DNA of 28,772 nucleotides from positions 1 through 28,772 of IMG/VR virus record IMGVR_UViG_3300025168_000465; one strand, written 5' to 3'. Below the pieces are notes generated by a model. That model did not search any database and had not been told where the DNA came from. It worked only from the letters and a program-made list of their open reading frames with translations. The position numbers were made by a program, and so were the translations under genes. The stretch is from a virus (taxonomy: Duplodnaviria > Caudoviricetes). Below, piece after piece: positions 7,794 to 15,553 of the stretch (its first letter is position 1; every line of letters starts with the position of its first letter).

Positions 7794-7979
7794 ATGGATA
7801 AAAAAATAATCTCAAAACTATTTATAGAAAGAGATAGGAAAGACAATCACGAAATTGTTATAAGAATAGGACCATTCACAAATGAGAATGATGCTGTTCA
7901 TAGTGCATCATATATTTATGCTACACAGCAAATAGATATAACTGATTCAATAATACCAATGGGTGAAACAATACACTAA
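7794..7979 (+). CDS. Hypothetical protein (61 aa)
   Basis: GAGG SD; TAATG-coupled to the next gene. Confidence 0.65.
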   Translation: MDKKIISKLFIERDRKDNHEIVIRIGPFTNENDAVHSASYIYATQQIDITDSIIPMGETIH

Positions 7980-8752
7980 TGATATTTAATGCAAGACAAC
8001 TAAAGATATTCAAAAACGTAAAAAGACGTGAATGGTTTAGACAAAATAGATTAAGAGAACCATACATCAAACAGTTTACAGGCAGATTAAAGAACTATTT
8101 TAAAATATTAGGTAATGAACTAGGTGATGATTTTCGTTTTGGTTCTACAATAATGTTAGATATAAGACAAAGAAATGCTTTTGAGCAGTTAATTAATATA
8201 TTTAAAATACAGTACAGAATTGTTGGATATGCCTTTAAAAACAACATTTTAAACAGGGAACAGAACGTAAAAGATTTAGATAGTGATTTTGATTTAGAAT
8301 TAGAAAGATACATAGATGACAATGTTGCAACATTAGTTGTAGGAATTAACGATAATACTAGAAATAAAATACAAAATGTGATAAACGATAGTTTCGGTAA
8401 TGGTCAATCAGTTAATCAAACTGGTAATGCTTTGAGAAATGCAATTGTAGGTATGGGTATTGCAAGAGCTAATTTGATTGCTAGAACTGAAGTACATAGA
8501 ACAGCAAGTTTTGCTAATGAAATTGTAGCTGAATCTATGGGAATTGCAGGAACTAGAAAAGAATGGGTTTCTGTTAATGACGGAAGAACAAGAATTAGTC
8601 ACGCATTAGCAAGTGGTCAGCAAGTAGGTTTGGAAGAACCTTTTATTGTAGGTGGTGATAGATTAAATTATCCAGGAGATCCAGCAGGTTCTCCAGGAGA
8701 AACTATAAATTGTCGGTGTGTATCTATTTACACAACGCCTGATTTCTTGTAG
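7979..8752 (+). CDS. Head morphogenesis protein (Mu gpF / SPP1 gp7 family)
   Basis: RANLIARTEVHR, KEWVSVNDGRTRISH and YPGDP...INCRC motifs; located after the portal; no C-terminal toxin extension. Confidence 0.9.
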   Translation: MIFNARQLKIFKNVKRREWFRQNRLREPYIKQFTGRLKNYFKILGNELGDDFRFGSTIMLDIRQRNAFEQLINIFKIQYRIVGYAFKNNILNREQNVKDLDSDFDLELERYIDDNVATLVVGINDNTRNKIQNVINDSFGNGQSVNQTGNALRNAIVGMGIARANLIARTEVHRTASFANEIVAESMGIAGTRKEWVSVNDGRTRISHALASGQQVGLEEPFIVGGDRLNYPGDPAGSPGETINCRCVSIYTTPDFL

Positions 8753-8762
8753 AGGTAGTAAT

Positions 8763-8897
8763 ATGGAATTAATAATTATGTTTTTAATAGGTTTAATAGC
8801 TGGAGTTGTAATTCAAAAGAAATACGGAATACAAAAGCTAGGTAAAACATTATGGCAAAATATTGACAAACACGTAATAAGTAAATTTGAAAAATAA
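8763..8897 (+). CDS. Small membrane protein (44 aa), not in the ORF track
   Basis: MELIIMFLIGLIAGVVIQKKYGIQKLGKTLWQNIDKHVISKFEK*; GAGGT SD; stop overlaps the protease ATG. Confidence 0.65.
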   Translation: MELIIMFLIGLIAGVVIQKKYGIQKLGKTLWQNIDKHVISKFEK

Positions 8898-10039
8898 TGC
8901 CATTAGTTAAACCAAATAATAAAGAAAAGAGAGAGGATTTTATGAGTAGATGTATGTCTGATGACAAGTCTAAATCAGAGTATCCTGATGCAACACAAAG
9001 ATTAGCAGTTTGCAGTAAGCAATTTGAAAATGGTAAAAAGGAGAAATACACTATGAGTGATATTGAAAAAATGGGTGATGCAATTAAAACCCTTACAGAT
9101 GTAATAAGTCAAACAGAAGAAAAAGTATCTAGAGCTGAAGATCAATTTAATAATGAAGAAGATGCACTAGATAAAGCAAAAGAAATTGGATGTGTGGGAA
9201 CACACTCAATGGATAAAGATGGCAAAACAATTTTTATGCCTTGTAAAACACACGATGCTTATGAAGAAGCAATCAGTAAAGGATATGGATCAGAAGAAGA
9301 AGAAGATAAATATCACAAAAAACCTAAAAAGAAAAAACCAATGAAAAGCATTTGTGTATGTCAAGATGATGGAGTATGCCAATGCGATACAGAGATTAAA
9401 AAATTAACCTTTCATTCGGAAGTAAAAGCTAGTGATGATAAAGGTACATTCACAGGTTATGGTTCTATATTCGGTAATGAAGATCAAGGTAGCGATATAA
9501 TGCAAAAAGGTGCATTTACAAAATCATTAGAAGAAAGACCAGCAGGTAAAGTAAAATTATTATATCAACATAAAACAGATGAACCTATCGGTATATTTGA
9601 AAGTATGTATGAAGATGAAAAAGGTTTATTTGTTAAAGGTAGATTAGCTATGGGAACTCAAAAGGGTAGAGAATCATATGAATTATTAAAAATGGGAGCT
9701 TTAGATGGTATGTCTATAGGATTTAGAGCAGACCCTGAAAAACAAGGTTATAACGAAAACAAAAGAGGCACTAGAACTCTTAAAGAAGTTGACCTTATGG
9801 AAATTAGTTTAGTTACGTTTCCAATGAACGAAAGAGCTTTAATTGAAAATGTTAAAGCTAATTCTAAAAGTATTCGAGAGTGGGAAAAAATCTTGCGTGA
9901 TGCAGGAGGTCTTTCTCGGACAGAGGCTAAGATGGGTGCAAAAGCATTATCTGAATCTTTATCTCAGCGAGATGCTGGTGATGACAATAAACAGTTAGCA
10001 ACTTTAATTAATAAAGTAGCTAACATTCTTAAACAATAA
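8897..10039 (+). CDS. HK97-family prohead protease with multi-domain N-terminal extension
   Basis: FTGYGSIFGNED, LLYQH (His), DEKGLFVKG, GMSIGF (Ser), EISLVTFPMN; the protease domain starts near residue 170. Confidence 0.92.
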   Translation: MPLVKPNNKEKREDFMSRCMSDDKSKSEYPDATQRLAVCSKQFENGKKEKYTMSDIEKMGDAIKTLTDVISQTEEKVSRAEDQFNNEEDALDKAKEIGCVGTHSMDKDGKTIFMPCKTHDAYEEAISKGYGSEEEEDKYHKKPKKKKPMKSICVCQDDGVCQCDTEIKKLTFHSEVKASDDKGTFTGYGSIFGNEDQGSDIMQKGAFTKSLEERPAGKVKLLYQHKTDEPIGIFESMYEDEKGLFVKGRLAMGTQKGRESYELLKMGALDGMSIGFRADPEKQGYNENKRGTRTLKEVDLMEISLVTFPMNERALIENVKANSKSIREWEKILRDAGGLSRTEAKMGAKALSESLSQRDAGDDNKQLATLINKVANILKQ

Positions 10040-10055
10040 ACATAGAGGATAAATT

Positions 10056-11267
10056 ATGGATAATAACGAAGTAAAATCTGCAGTTGAAACTCTTGGCAAA
10101 ACATTTGAAACTTTCAAAAAAGCAAACGATGAAAGAATCAAAGAAATAGAAGCAAAAGGTTCAGTTGATCCTATTACTGCTGATAAAGTAAATAAGCTAG
10201 AAGCTGATTTAGATAAATTCGCAGACGTAGAAAAAGCAATTAAATCAAATGCTGATTTTCAAAAACAAAGCCAAGAACAACTAGCAAGACTAGAAACTAT
10301 TGTATCAAGACCGGATTTTGGAAAAGGTTCACAAGTTGAATCAATGCAAAAGAAAGTATTTGATAAATGGATGAGACAAGGAAAAGAAAATCTATCACCT
10401 GACGAAGTTAAAGTTTTAACTGTGTCTAATGATAATACAGCAGGTTATTTAGCTCCACCTGAGTACGTGAGAGAAATAATCAAAGGTATTATTGAATTTA
10501 GTCCAGTAAGATCAGTAGCTAGAGTTAGATCAACTGCGCAAAGAAGCATACAGGTTCCAAAAAGAACAGGTACTTTCTCTGCACAATGGGTAGCTGAACA
10601 AGGTTCAAGATCAGAAACTACAGGATATTCTGTTGGTTTGGAAGAAATTCCAGCTCACGAAGTATATGCTTTAGTAGATATTTCTGAACAAGAACTTGAA
10701 GATTCAGTTTTCAATTTAGAAGCAGAAATGAATGCAGAGTTTGTAGAGCAATTTGCAAAAGCTGAAGGAAACGCATTTATTTCAGGCGACTCTGTTGGTA
10801 AACCACAAGGTCTAATAAATAACGCAGGTAACAATATAACTACAGCAGTTAATGATGCACTTGGTGCAGATGACTTAATTGGTGCGGCACACAATGTTAA
10901 ATCAGAGTACATGAGAAATGCTACTTGGATGTTTAACAGATCAACACTTTCTGCAATCAGGAAGTTAAAAGATGGTGCTAACCAATACATCTTCCAACCA
11001 GGTCTTTACCAAATGGGCGTAGGTTCAAGTTTACTTGGACATCCAATTGTAGAAGCATCTGACTTAGCTAACATCGGCAATGGTACTAAACCAGTATTAT
11101 TTGGTGATTTTAGAAGAGGTTATATGATCGTTGATAGAGTAGCTTTATCAATCATGAGAGACCCTTTCACACAAGCATCTGCTGGTAATGTAAGATACAT
11201 TGCTAGAAGACGTGTTGGTGGACAGGTTATCTTACCTGAAGCAATATCAACAATTACTATTCAATAG
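10056..11267 (+). CDS. Major capsid protein, HK97 fold, with N-terminal delta (scaffold) domain
   Basis: Coiled-coil N-terminus, AGYLAPPE, WVAE, FISGDSVGKPQG, LKDGANQYIF, LLGHPI, FGDFRRGYMIVDR, RRVGG. Confidence 0.96.
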   Translation: MDNNEVKSAVETLGKTFETFKKANDERIKEIEAKGSVDPITADKVNKLEADLDKFADVEKAIKSNADFQKQSQEQLARLETIVSRPDFGKGSQVESMQKKVFDKWMRQGKENLSPDEVKVLTVSNDNTAGYLAPPEYVREIIKGIIEFSPVRSVARVRSTAQRSIQVPKRTGTFSAQWVAEQGSRSETTGYSVGLEEIPAHEVYALVDISEQELEDSVFNLEAEMNAEFVEQFAKAEGNAFISGDSVGKPQGLINNAGNNITTAVNDALGADDLIGAAHNVKSEYMRNATWMFNRSTLSAIRKLKDGANQYIFQPGLYQMGVGSSLLGHPIVEASDLANIGNGTKPVLFGDFRRGYMIVDRVALSIMRDPFTQASAGNVRYIARRRVGGQVILPEAISTITIQ

Positions 11268-11290
11268 TAATAAATTAAAGGAGATATAAA

Positions 11291-11743
11291 ATGTTTGATA
11301 TAAAAAACAACTTGAAAGTCTTTAAAGGATTTTCTCCACAAACTAGAACAGCGGATATAACTACACAAGCCTGTGACCTACAAGGTTTTTCAGGTGCTAT
11401 GGTTATAATGCCCGTTGGAGCTAGTGGTGATACATTATCATCAACTGTGTTGTTCACAGTAACACTTTCACATAGTGATGATGATGCAACTTATACTACT
11501 GTTACTTCTAATACAGATGTAACAGGCGGTACTTTAGCGTCAGGAGGCGGATGGTTATTACTAGACGCACCTGGAGATGCTAGTAACGTATATGGTATTG
11601 GTTATGTAGGTGGAAAAAGATACTTAAAATGCACAGTAACTAAAACTGGCACACACTCTAATGGAACGATTATGGGTGTGGACTTTATTAAAGGAATACC
11701 ATTATCAGCGCCAGTTTCGACTGACACTAATAGCGGTGTATAG
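11291..11743 (+). CDS. Probable capsid decoration/cement protein
   Basis: Beta-rich, Thr/Ser/Gly-rich protein right after MCP with AAGGAG SD; DLQGF, HSDD and YVGGKRYL pattern typical of post-MCP genes. Confidence 0.55.
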   Translation: MFDIKNNLKVFKGFSPQTRTADITTQACDLQGFSGAMVIMPVGASGDTLSSTVLFTVTLSHSDDDATYTTVTSNTDVTGGTLASGGGWLLLDAPGDASNVYGIGYVGGKRYLKCTVTKTGTHSNGTIMGVDFIKGIPLSAPVSTDTNSGV

Positions 11744-11753
11744 TTTAATAAAC

Positions 11754-11808
11754 TAAATTTTTGGGGGATCCTGCCGAGAGGTATTTCCCCCTTAAATGCA
11801 AAAATTTA
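11754..11808 (+). other. Intergenic RNA stem-loop with GNRA tetraloop
   Basis: GGGGGA/TCCCCC stem, inner TGCC-GAGA-GGTA hairpin, outer TAAATTTTTG/CAAAAATTTA arms. Confidence 0.7.
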
Positions 11809-11821
11809 AAAGGAGTAAAAT

Positions 11822-12055
11822 ATGAAAATTAAAATGAAAGAAAACTATGTAGCACAAGCTGATCCAAATGGTGGAAGCACTATGCTATACGAGAAAGATA
11901 AAGAATATAATTTTAAAGCTGGATGGCAAGTTAAACTAGGTGCTACAATGATTGATAGAGGAAAAGCAGAAAAATCATTAGTAATTACAGAAAAGAAAAT
12001 AGTAAAACCAACAGAAACAAAAATTAAAAAAATATTAAAAAAGAAAAAAAAATAG
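11822..12055 (+). CDS. Small protein with Lys-rich C-terminus (77 aa)
   Basis: AAGGAG SD; ends KIKKILKKKKK; occupies the usual small-gene slot between capsid and connector. Confidence 0.7.
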   Translation: MKIKMKENYVAQADPNGGSTMLYEKDKEYNFKAGWQVKLGATMIDRGKAEKSLVITEKKIVKPTETKIKKILKKKKK

Positions 12056-12067
12056 AGGATAAAAACA

Positions 12068-12391
12068 ATGATAAGAAATGTAGGACAAAATTTATTTCCA
12101 ACAGGATTAGAGTTTGCCGCCTGTCAAGTATCAACATCAACAAATACATCAGCACAAATAACACCAACAGCTAATGTTAATCAGTTGTATAGATTACATA
12201 ATAGAACAGCTAATAGACTCTCTTTTGCAATAGGTTCAAACCCAACTGCCGCACAAGCAACATCTTGTGCTTTAGTAGGAAGTGAAGTTTTATATGTAAA
12301 TATACCAACAGGACATAAAATAGCTATCATATCTACCGTTAATGGAACACACGGAGTTATAGAAATAACTGGTTTATTAAATAGCTTATAA
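12068..12391 (+). CDS. Putative virion beta-sandwich protein (possible head spike/vertex base)
   Basis: GAGGA SD; beta-strand pattern (FAIGSNPTA, GHKIAII); position in the head module. Function is inferred. Confidence 0.45.
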   Translation: MIRNVGQNLFPTGLEFAACQVSTSTNTSAQITPTANVNQLYRLHNRTANRLSFAIGSNPTAAQATSCALVGSEVLYVNIPTGHKIAIISTVNGTHGVIEITGLLNSL

Positions 12392-12406
12392 TAATTGAGG
12401 TAAAAA

Positions 12407-13069
12407 ATGTCAGGTCTTAAAATTGATACAGCGTGGAGTACAAAAGCAGTTTCAACAACTGAGGTTAAGACACATTTAAGAATAGATAGTGGCTTTAGTG
12501 ATGATGATACTTATATTGGAACTTTAATTAACTCAGCACAAGATATAGCAGAAGTATATCTTAATAGAGCTATCACAACTCAAACATTAAGTCTTTTTTT
12601 AGACAGACTTCCATTTTACAGCGATATAAAATTACAAGAGGGAATATACACAGCTCCTGATTTAGAATACAATTCAAATTTTATAGTATTACCCAAAGCA
12701 CCAGTAGCATCTGTAACACACGTTAAATATTACGATAATGATAATAATGCTTCTACTTTTGCATCATCAAATTATTATGTAGATACTATTAGTCAACAAG
12801 GTAGAATTGTTTTAAAAACAGGTTCTAGTTGGCCTACAGTATCAGAAACAAGAAATGCTAATGCTTATGAAATAAAATATGTAGCAGGTTATGGTGGGGC
12901 ATCAGATGTACCTGCACCTATTAAACATGGAATCACAATGTTAGCTGGTCATCTTTATGAAAACAGAGATGCAGTAACAAGCTTATCTGTCAATTCAATC
13001 CCTTATACAATTGGAGCAAACTTTCAACCATACAAAGTAGAAAGAATTAACTCAATACTGGGAGGTTGA
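12407..13069 (+). CDS. Head-tail connector/adaptor (HK97 gp6 / phiE125 gp8-like)
   Basis: EVKTHLRID...DDTYIGTLI, RAITTQT, YVAGYG, VPAPIKHGITMLAGHLYENR. Confidence 0.9.
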   Translation: MSGLKIDTAWSTKAVSTTEVKTHLRIDSGFSDDDTYIGTLINSAQDIAEVYLNRAITTQTLSLFLDRLPFYSDIKLQEGIYTAPDLEYNSNFIVLPKAPVASVTHVKYYDNDNNASTFASSNYYVDTISQQGRIVLKTGSSWPTVSETRNANAYEIKYVAGYGGASDVPAPIKHGITMLAGHLYENRDAVTSLSVNSIPYTIGANFQPYKVERINSILGG

Positions 13070-13070
13070 T

Positions 13071-13415
13071 ATGGGAAGTGTTTCACCAGTCGGTAAATTA
13101 AGAAACAAAATAACAATTCAAAACACAGCATTATCTAGTGATACTTTTGGTGGTTATACTACAGGTAGAACTACATTTATTACAGCTTTTGCACAAATAA
13201 AAGCAAAATCAGGTAAACAAGTATTTAACGAACAATCAGGTGAACAAATAAGTAACCCACAAGATTTTGAGTTTATAATAAGATTTAGATCAGGAATACT
13301 AACATCAATGAGAATATTATTTGGTTCAAGAACATTTGATATAAAAAGTATAGAAAATGATAACTTGTATGATAAATATATCAAATTAGTAGCAACAGAA
13401 AACGTAGGTACATAA
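13071..13415 (+). CDS. Head closure / stopper protein (SPP1 gp16-like)
   Basis: GKLRNKITIQ, DTFGG, IIRFRSGI...MRILFGSRTFDI. Confidence 0.88.
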   Translation: MGSVSPVGKLRNKITIQNTALSSDTFGGYTTGRTTFITAFAQIKAKSGKQVFNEQSGEQISNPQDFEFIIRFRSGILTSMRILFGSRTFDIKSIENDNLYDKYIKLVATENVGT

Positions 13416-13861
13416 TGAAATTTACAGTAAAATTTACAGGAGTAGAAAAAGCAATTGAAGCTCTTGATAAAGTGAAAGAAGATTTAGAAAAAGAAATGCA
13501 AAATGTTTTATTGGGTGGCGGTCAATTAATAAGAACTGAAGCTATTAGAAGTATTCAACAGGGTGCTAAAACAGGTAAAACATACAAGAAATATAATCCA
13601 ACTAGAACACATAAAGCATCAGCACCTGGAGAAGCACCAGCTAGTGATACAGGGTTCTTAGTAAGTAATATAAGAGTTAAAGCACAAAAAGATTTTGTAG
13701 AAGTTAGAAGTGAGGCATCGTATAGTAAATTCTTAGAATATGGAACAAGTAAAATGTTACCTAGACCATTTATGTTTCCAGCGTCAGAAAAAAGCAAACC
13801 TAAGATAGCAGAGGTATTGTTTCAAAAGATTAAACAAAGTCTAGAAAAGTTTGGTAAATAA
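13415..13861 (+). CDS. HK97 gp10-like tail completion/neck protein
   Basis: SAPGEAPASDTGFL, YSKFLEYGTSKMLPRPFMFPA. Confidence 0.9.
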   Translation: MKFTVKFTGVEKAIEALDKVKEDLEKEMQNVLLGGGQLIRTEAIRSIQQGAKTGKTYKKYNPTRTHKASAPGEAPASDTGFLVSNIRVKAQKDFVEVRSEASYSKFLEYGTSKMLPRPFMFPASEKSKPKIAEVLFQKIKQSLEKFGK

Positions 13862-14265
13862 TGAGTGATCATAGCATACAATTACAGAAAACAATTTTTG
13901 ATAGTTTAAGTGGTGATAATAACCTTACAAGCACATTAGGTGCTACAGTATATGATTATGTACCTGATTCTTCATCTTTTCCTTATGTAAAGCTAGGTGA
14001 GGAAACAGCTCTAGATAATGGAACAAAAAGTTTACAAGGTAATGAACATACTCTTGTCATTCACTCATTTTCAAGGTATAGAGGAAGTAAGCAAATAAAA
14101 GAGATTATGAGTAGAATTTACGCTCTGTTGCACGAATCCTCTTTATCTGTTTCAGGAGCAAGTCTTGTCAATTTAAGATTTGAATTTTCTGATGTGATAA
14201 AGGAAAATGATGGATTAACATCACACGGATTACAGAGATTTAGAGCAGTAGTTTATGATAATTAA
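13861..14265 (+). CDS. Tail terminator (DUF3168-like)
   Basis: LQKTIF, VYDYVP...FPYV, HGLQRFRA; directly before the tail tube gene. Confidence 0.85.
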   Translation: MSDHSIQLQKTIFDSLSGDNNLTSTLGATVYDYVPDSSSFPYVKLGEETALDNGTKSLQGNEHTLVIHSFSRYRGSKQIKEIMSRIYALLHESSLSVSGASLVNLRFEFSDVIKENDGLTSHGLQRFRAVVYDN

Positions 14266-14291
14266 GATAAAAATAAATAAGGAGAAATAAA

Positions 14292-14720
14292 ATGGCAGTA
14301 CAAAAAGGAAGTAGCTTTTTATTAAAAGATAATAGCACAGGCACTCCAGCAACTATAGGTGGACTAAGAAGTACATCTATGAGTATAAATGGAGAAATGG
14401 TTGATGTTACAACTAAAGATTCAAACGCATTCGTTACAAGTGGAAATGATAAAGCAAGAGATTTATTACAAGGTGGTGGAATTAGAAGTATGTCAATATC
14501 AGCAAGTGGAGTATTCACAGATTCATCAACAGAAAACATTTTAAGAGGTTTTGCGTTTGATGGAGCAATACAAAATTATGATTTAATTTTTGGTGATGGT
14601 TCAAGTGTTAAAGGTGCATTTTTGATAACAAGTTACGAAAGAGCTGGTGAGTATAATGGTGAAGAAACATATTCTGTATCATTAGAATCACATAATACAA
14701 TAACTTACACTAACGCGTAA
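14292..14720 (+). CDS. Major tail (tube) protein, TP901-1/GTA-like
   Basis: MAVQKG, GGLRSTS, VDVTTKDS, SISASGVF, GAFLITS, GEYNGEETYSVSLES; AAGGAG SD. Confidence 0.92.
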   Translation: MAVQKGSSFLLKDNSTGTPATIGGLRSTSMSINGEMVDVTTKDSNAFVTSGNDKARDLLQGGGIRSMSISASGVFTDSSTENILRGFAFDGAIQNYDLIFGDGSSVKGAFLITSYERAGEYNGEETYSVSLESHNTITYTNA

Positions 14721-14722
14721 TT

Positions 14723-15034
14723 ATGATTGAATGGACAAATGGTTGGAAAGTGATTAACTTTGAATTAAATGGCGATCAACATCACGGATTCATTAAAGTA
14801 ACTAAATTAAAATATATAGTTATTGAATGTAATAAAGATGTTGATTGTCGTCCATTAGATAAAATTACCCTAAATGGTCACGATAATCTTATAGTGCAAA
14901 AATTAGTTACTTCAAATAGTAAAGCAGAAATTCATTGTATAGAAGACAACAATGATGAGTTGAAGAAATCAATATCAACAAAGAAAAAACTAAAGAAAGC
15001 ATTAGGAGATGACAATGAACAAATACAAGGGTGA
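14723..15034 (+). CDS. Hypothetical protein (103 aa) between tail tube and chaperone
   Basis: ORF fills the gap exactly; no recognised motif. Confidence 0.65.
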   Translation: MIEWTNGWKVINFELNGDQHHGFIKVTKLKYIVIECNKDVDCRPLDKITLNGHDNLIVQKLVTSNSKAEIHCIEDNNDELKKSISTKKKLKKALGDDNEQIQG

Positions 15035-15383
15035 GATAAGTCGTAAGTTTGGTGATAAAGAAAGATTATTTAGACTTACATTTGAGAACATAGTAAATAT
15101 AGAACACAGAACAGGAAAGTCTGTAATGGATGTAGCAAGATCAATTGCAGAACAAAAATTCTCTTTAAGTGATATATCAGTTATTTTGCACGAGGGTCTA
15201 TTAGGTGCAAAAGGTAAGTTTACACATATTGCAGTTGGTGATATGATAATACAAACTGGTTTAACAACTTCTGCTGTAACAGCAGGGGAAGTTTTAGGTA
15301 CAATCTTTGCTGGGGAAGACGAAGACTCCCCAAAAGCAGAGGTGGAGAATCAAGAAGCTATTACCCCATCCAAGACTATCTAG
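15015..15383 (+). CDS. Tail assembly chaperone (gpG equivalent, GTA gp10-like)
   Basis: MNKYKGEI...LFRLTF...IEHRTG; the AGGAG SD fits ATG 15015 better than 15009; position before the tape measure gene. Confidence 0.8.
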   Translation: MNKYKGEISRKFGDKERLFRLTFENIVNIEHRTGKSVMDVARSIAEQKFSLSDISVILHEGLLGAKGKFTHIAVGDMIIQTGLTTSAVTAGEVLGTIFAGEDEDSPKAEVENQEAITPSKTI

Positions 15384-15553
15384 AGATTGGATTAGGATTC
15401 CTCCATATGACACCTGAAACCTTTTGGGGTTGTAGTGTTAAAGAATTTACGTCTGCTATGGAGGGCTACAGTATGAAAGTAAACAAAGGCAAAAAATCTC
15501 AACCAGTATTAAAGGATGAGATGGAAAGTTTAATGAGGAGATTCCCTGACTAA
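15335..15553 (+). CDS. Tail chaperone C-terminal part (gpT equivalent) in the -1 frame, reached by frameshift
   Basis: -1 frame reads SRGGESRSYYPIQDYLEIGLGFLHMTPETFWGCSVKEF...MESLMRRFPD*; PxxFW...LMxxFPD is typical of GTA-type chaperones; slippery C-CCA-AAA at 15329-15335. Confidence 0.8.
   Translation, partial: SRGGESRSYYPIQDYLEIGLGFLHMTPETFWGCSVKEFTSAMEGYSMKVNKGKKSQPVLKDEMESLMRRFPD

Noticed and set aside
7979-8752. MuF-fused polymorphic toxin
   Set aside because: The protein ends a few residues after the NCRC motif; there is no toxin extension.
4337-11267. Intein or intron in terminase, portal or capsid; stop-codon reassignment
   Set aside because: Core domains are of normal length with no splicing motifs seen; genes are intact in the standard code and TAA, TAG and TGA all serve as stops.
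11763-11791. Classical Rho-independent terminator
   Set aside because: Good stem but no downstream U-tract on either strand; kept as a structured element of unknown role.
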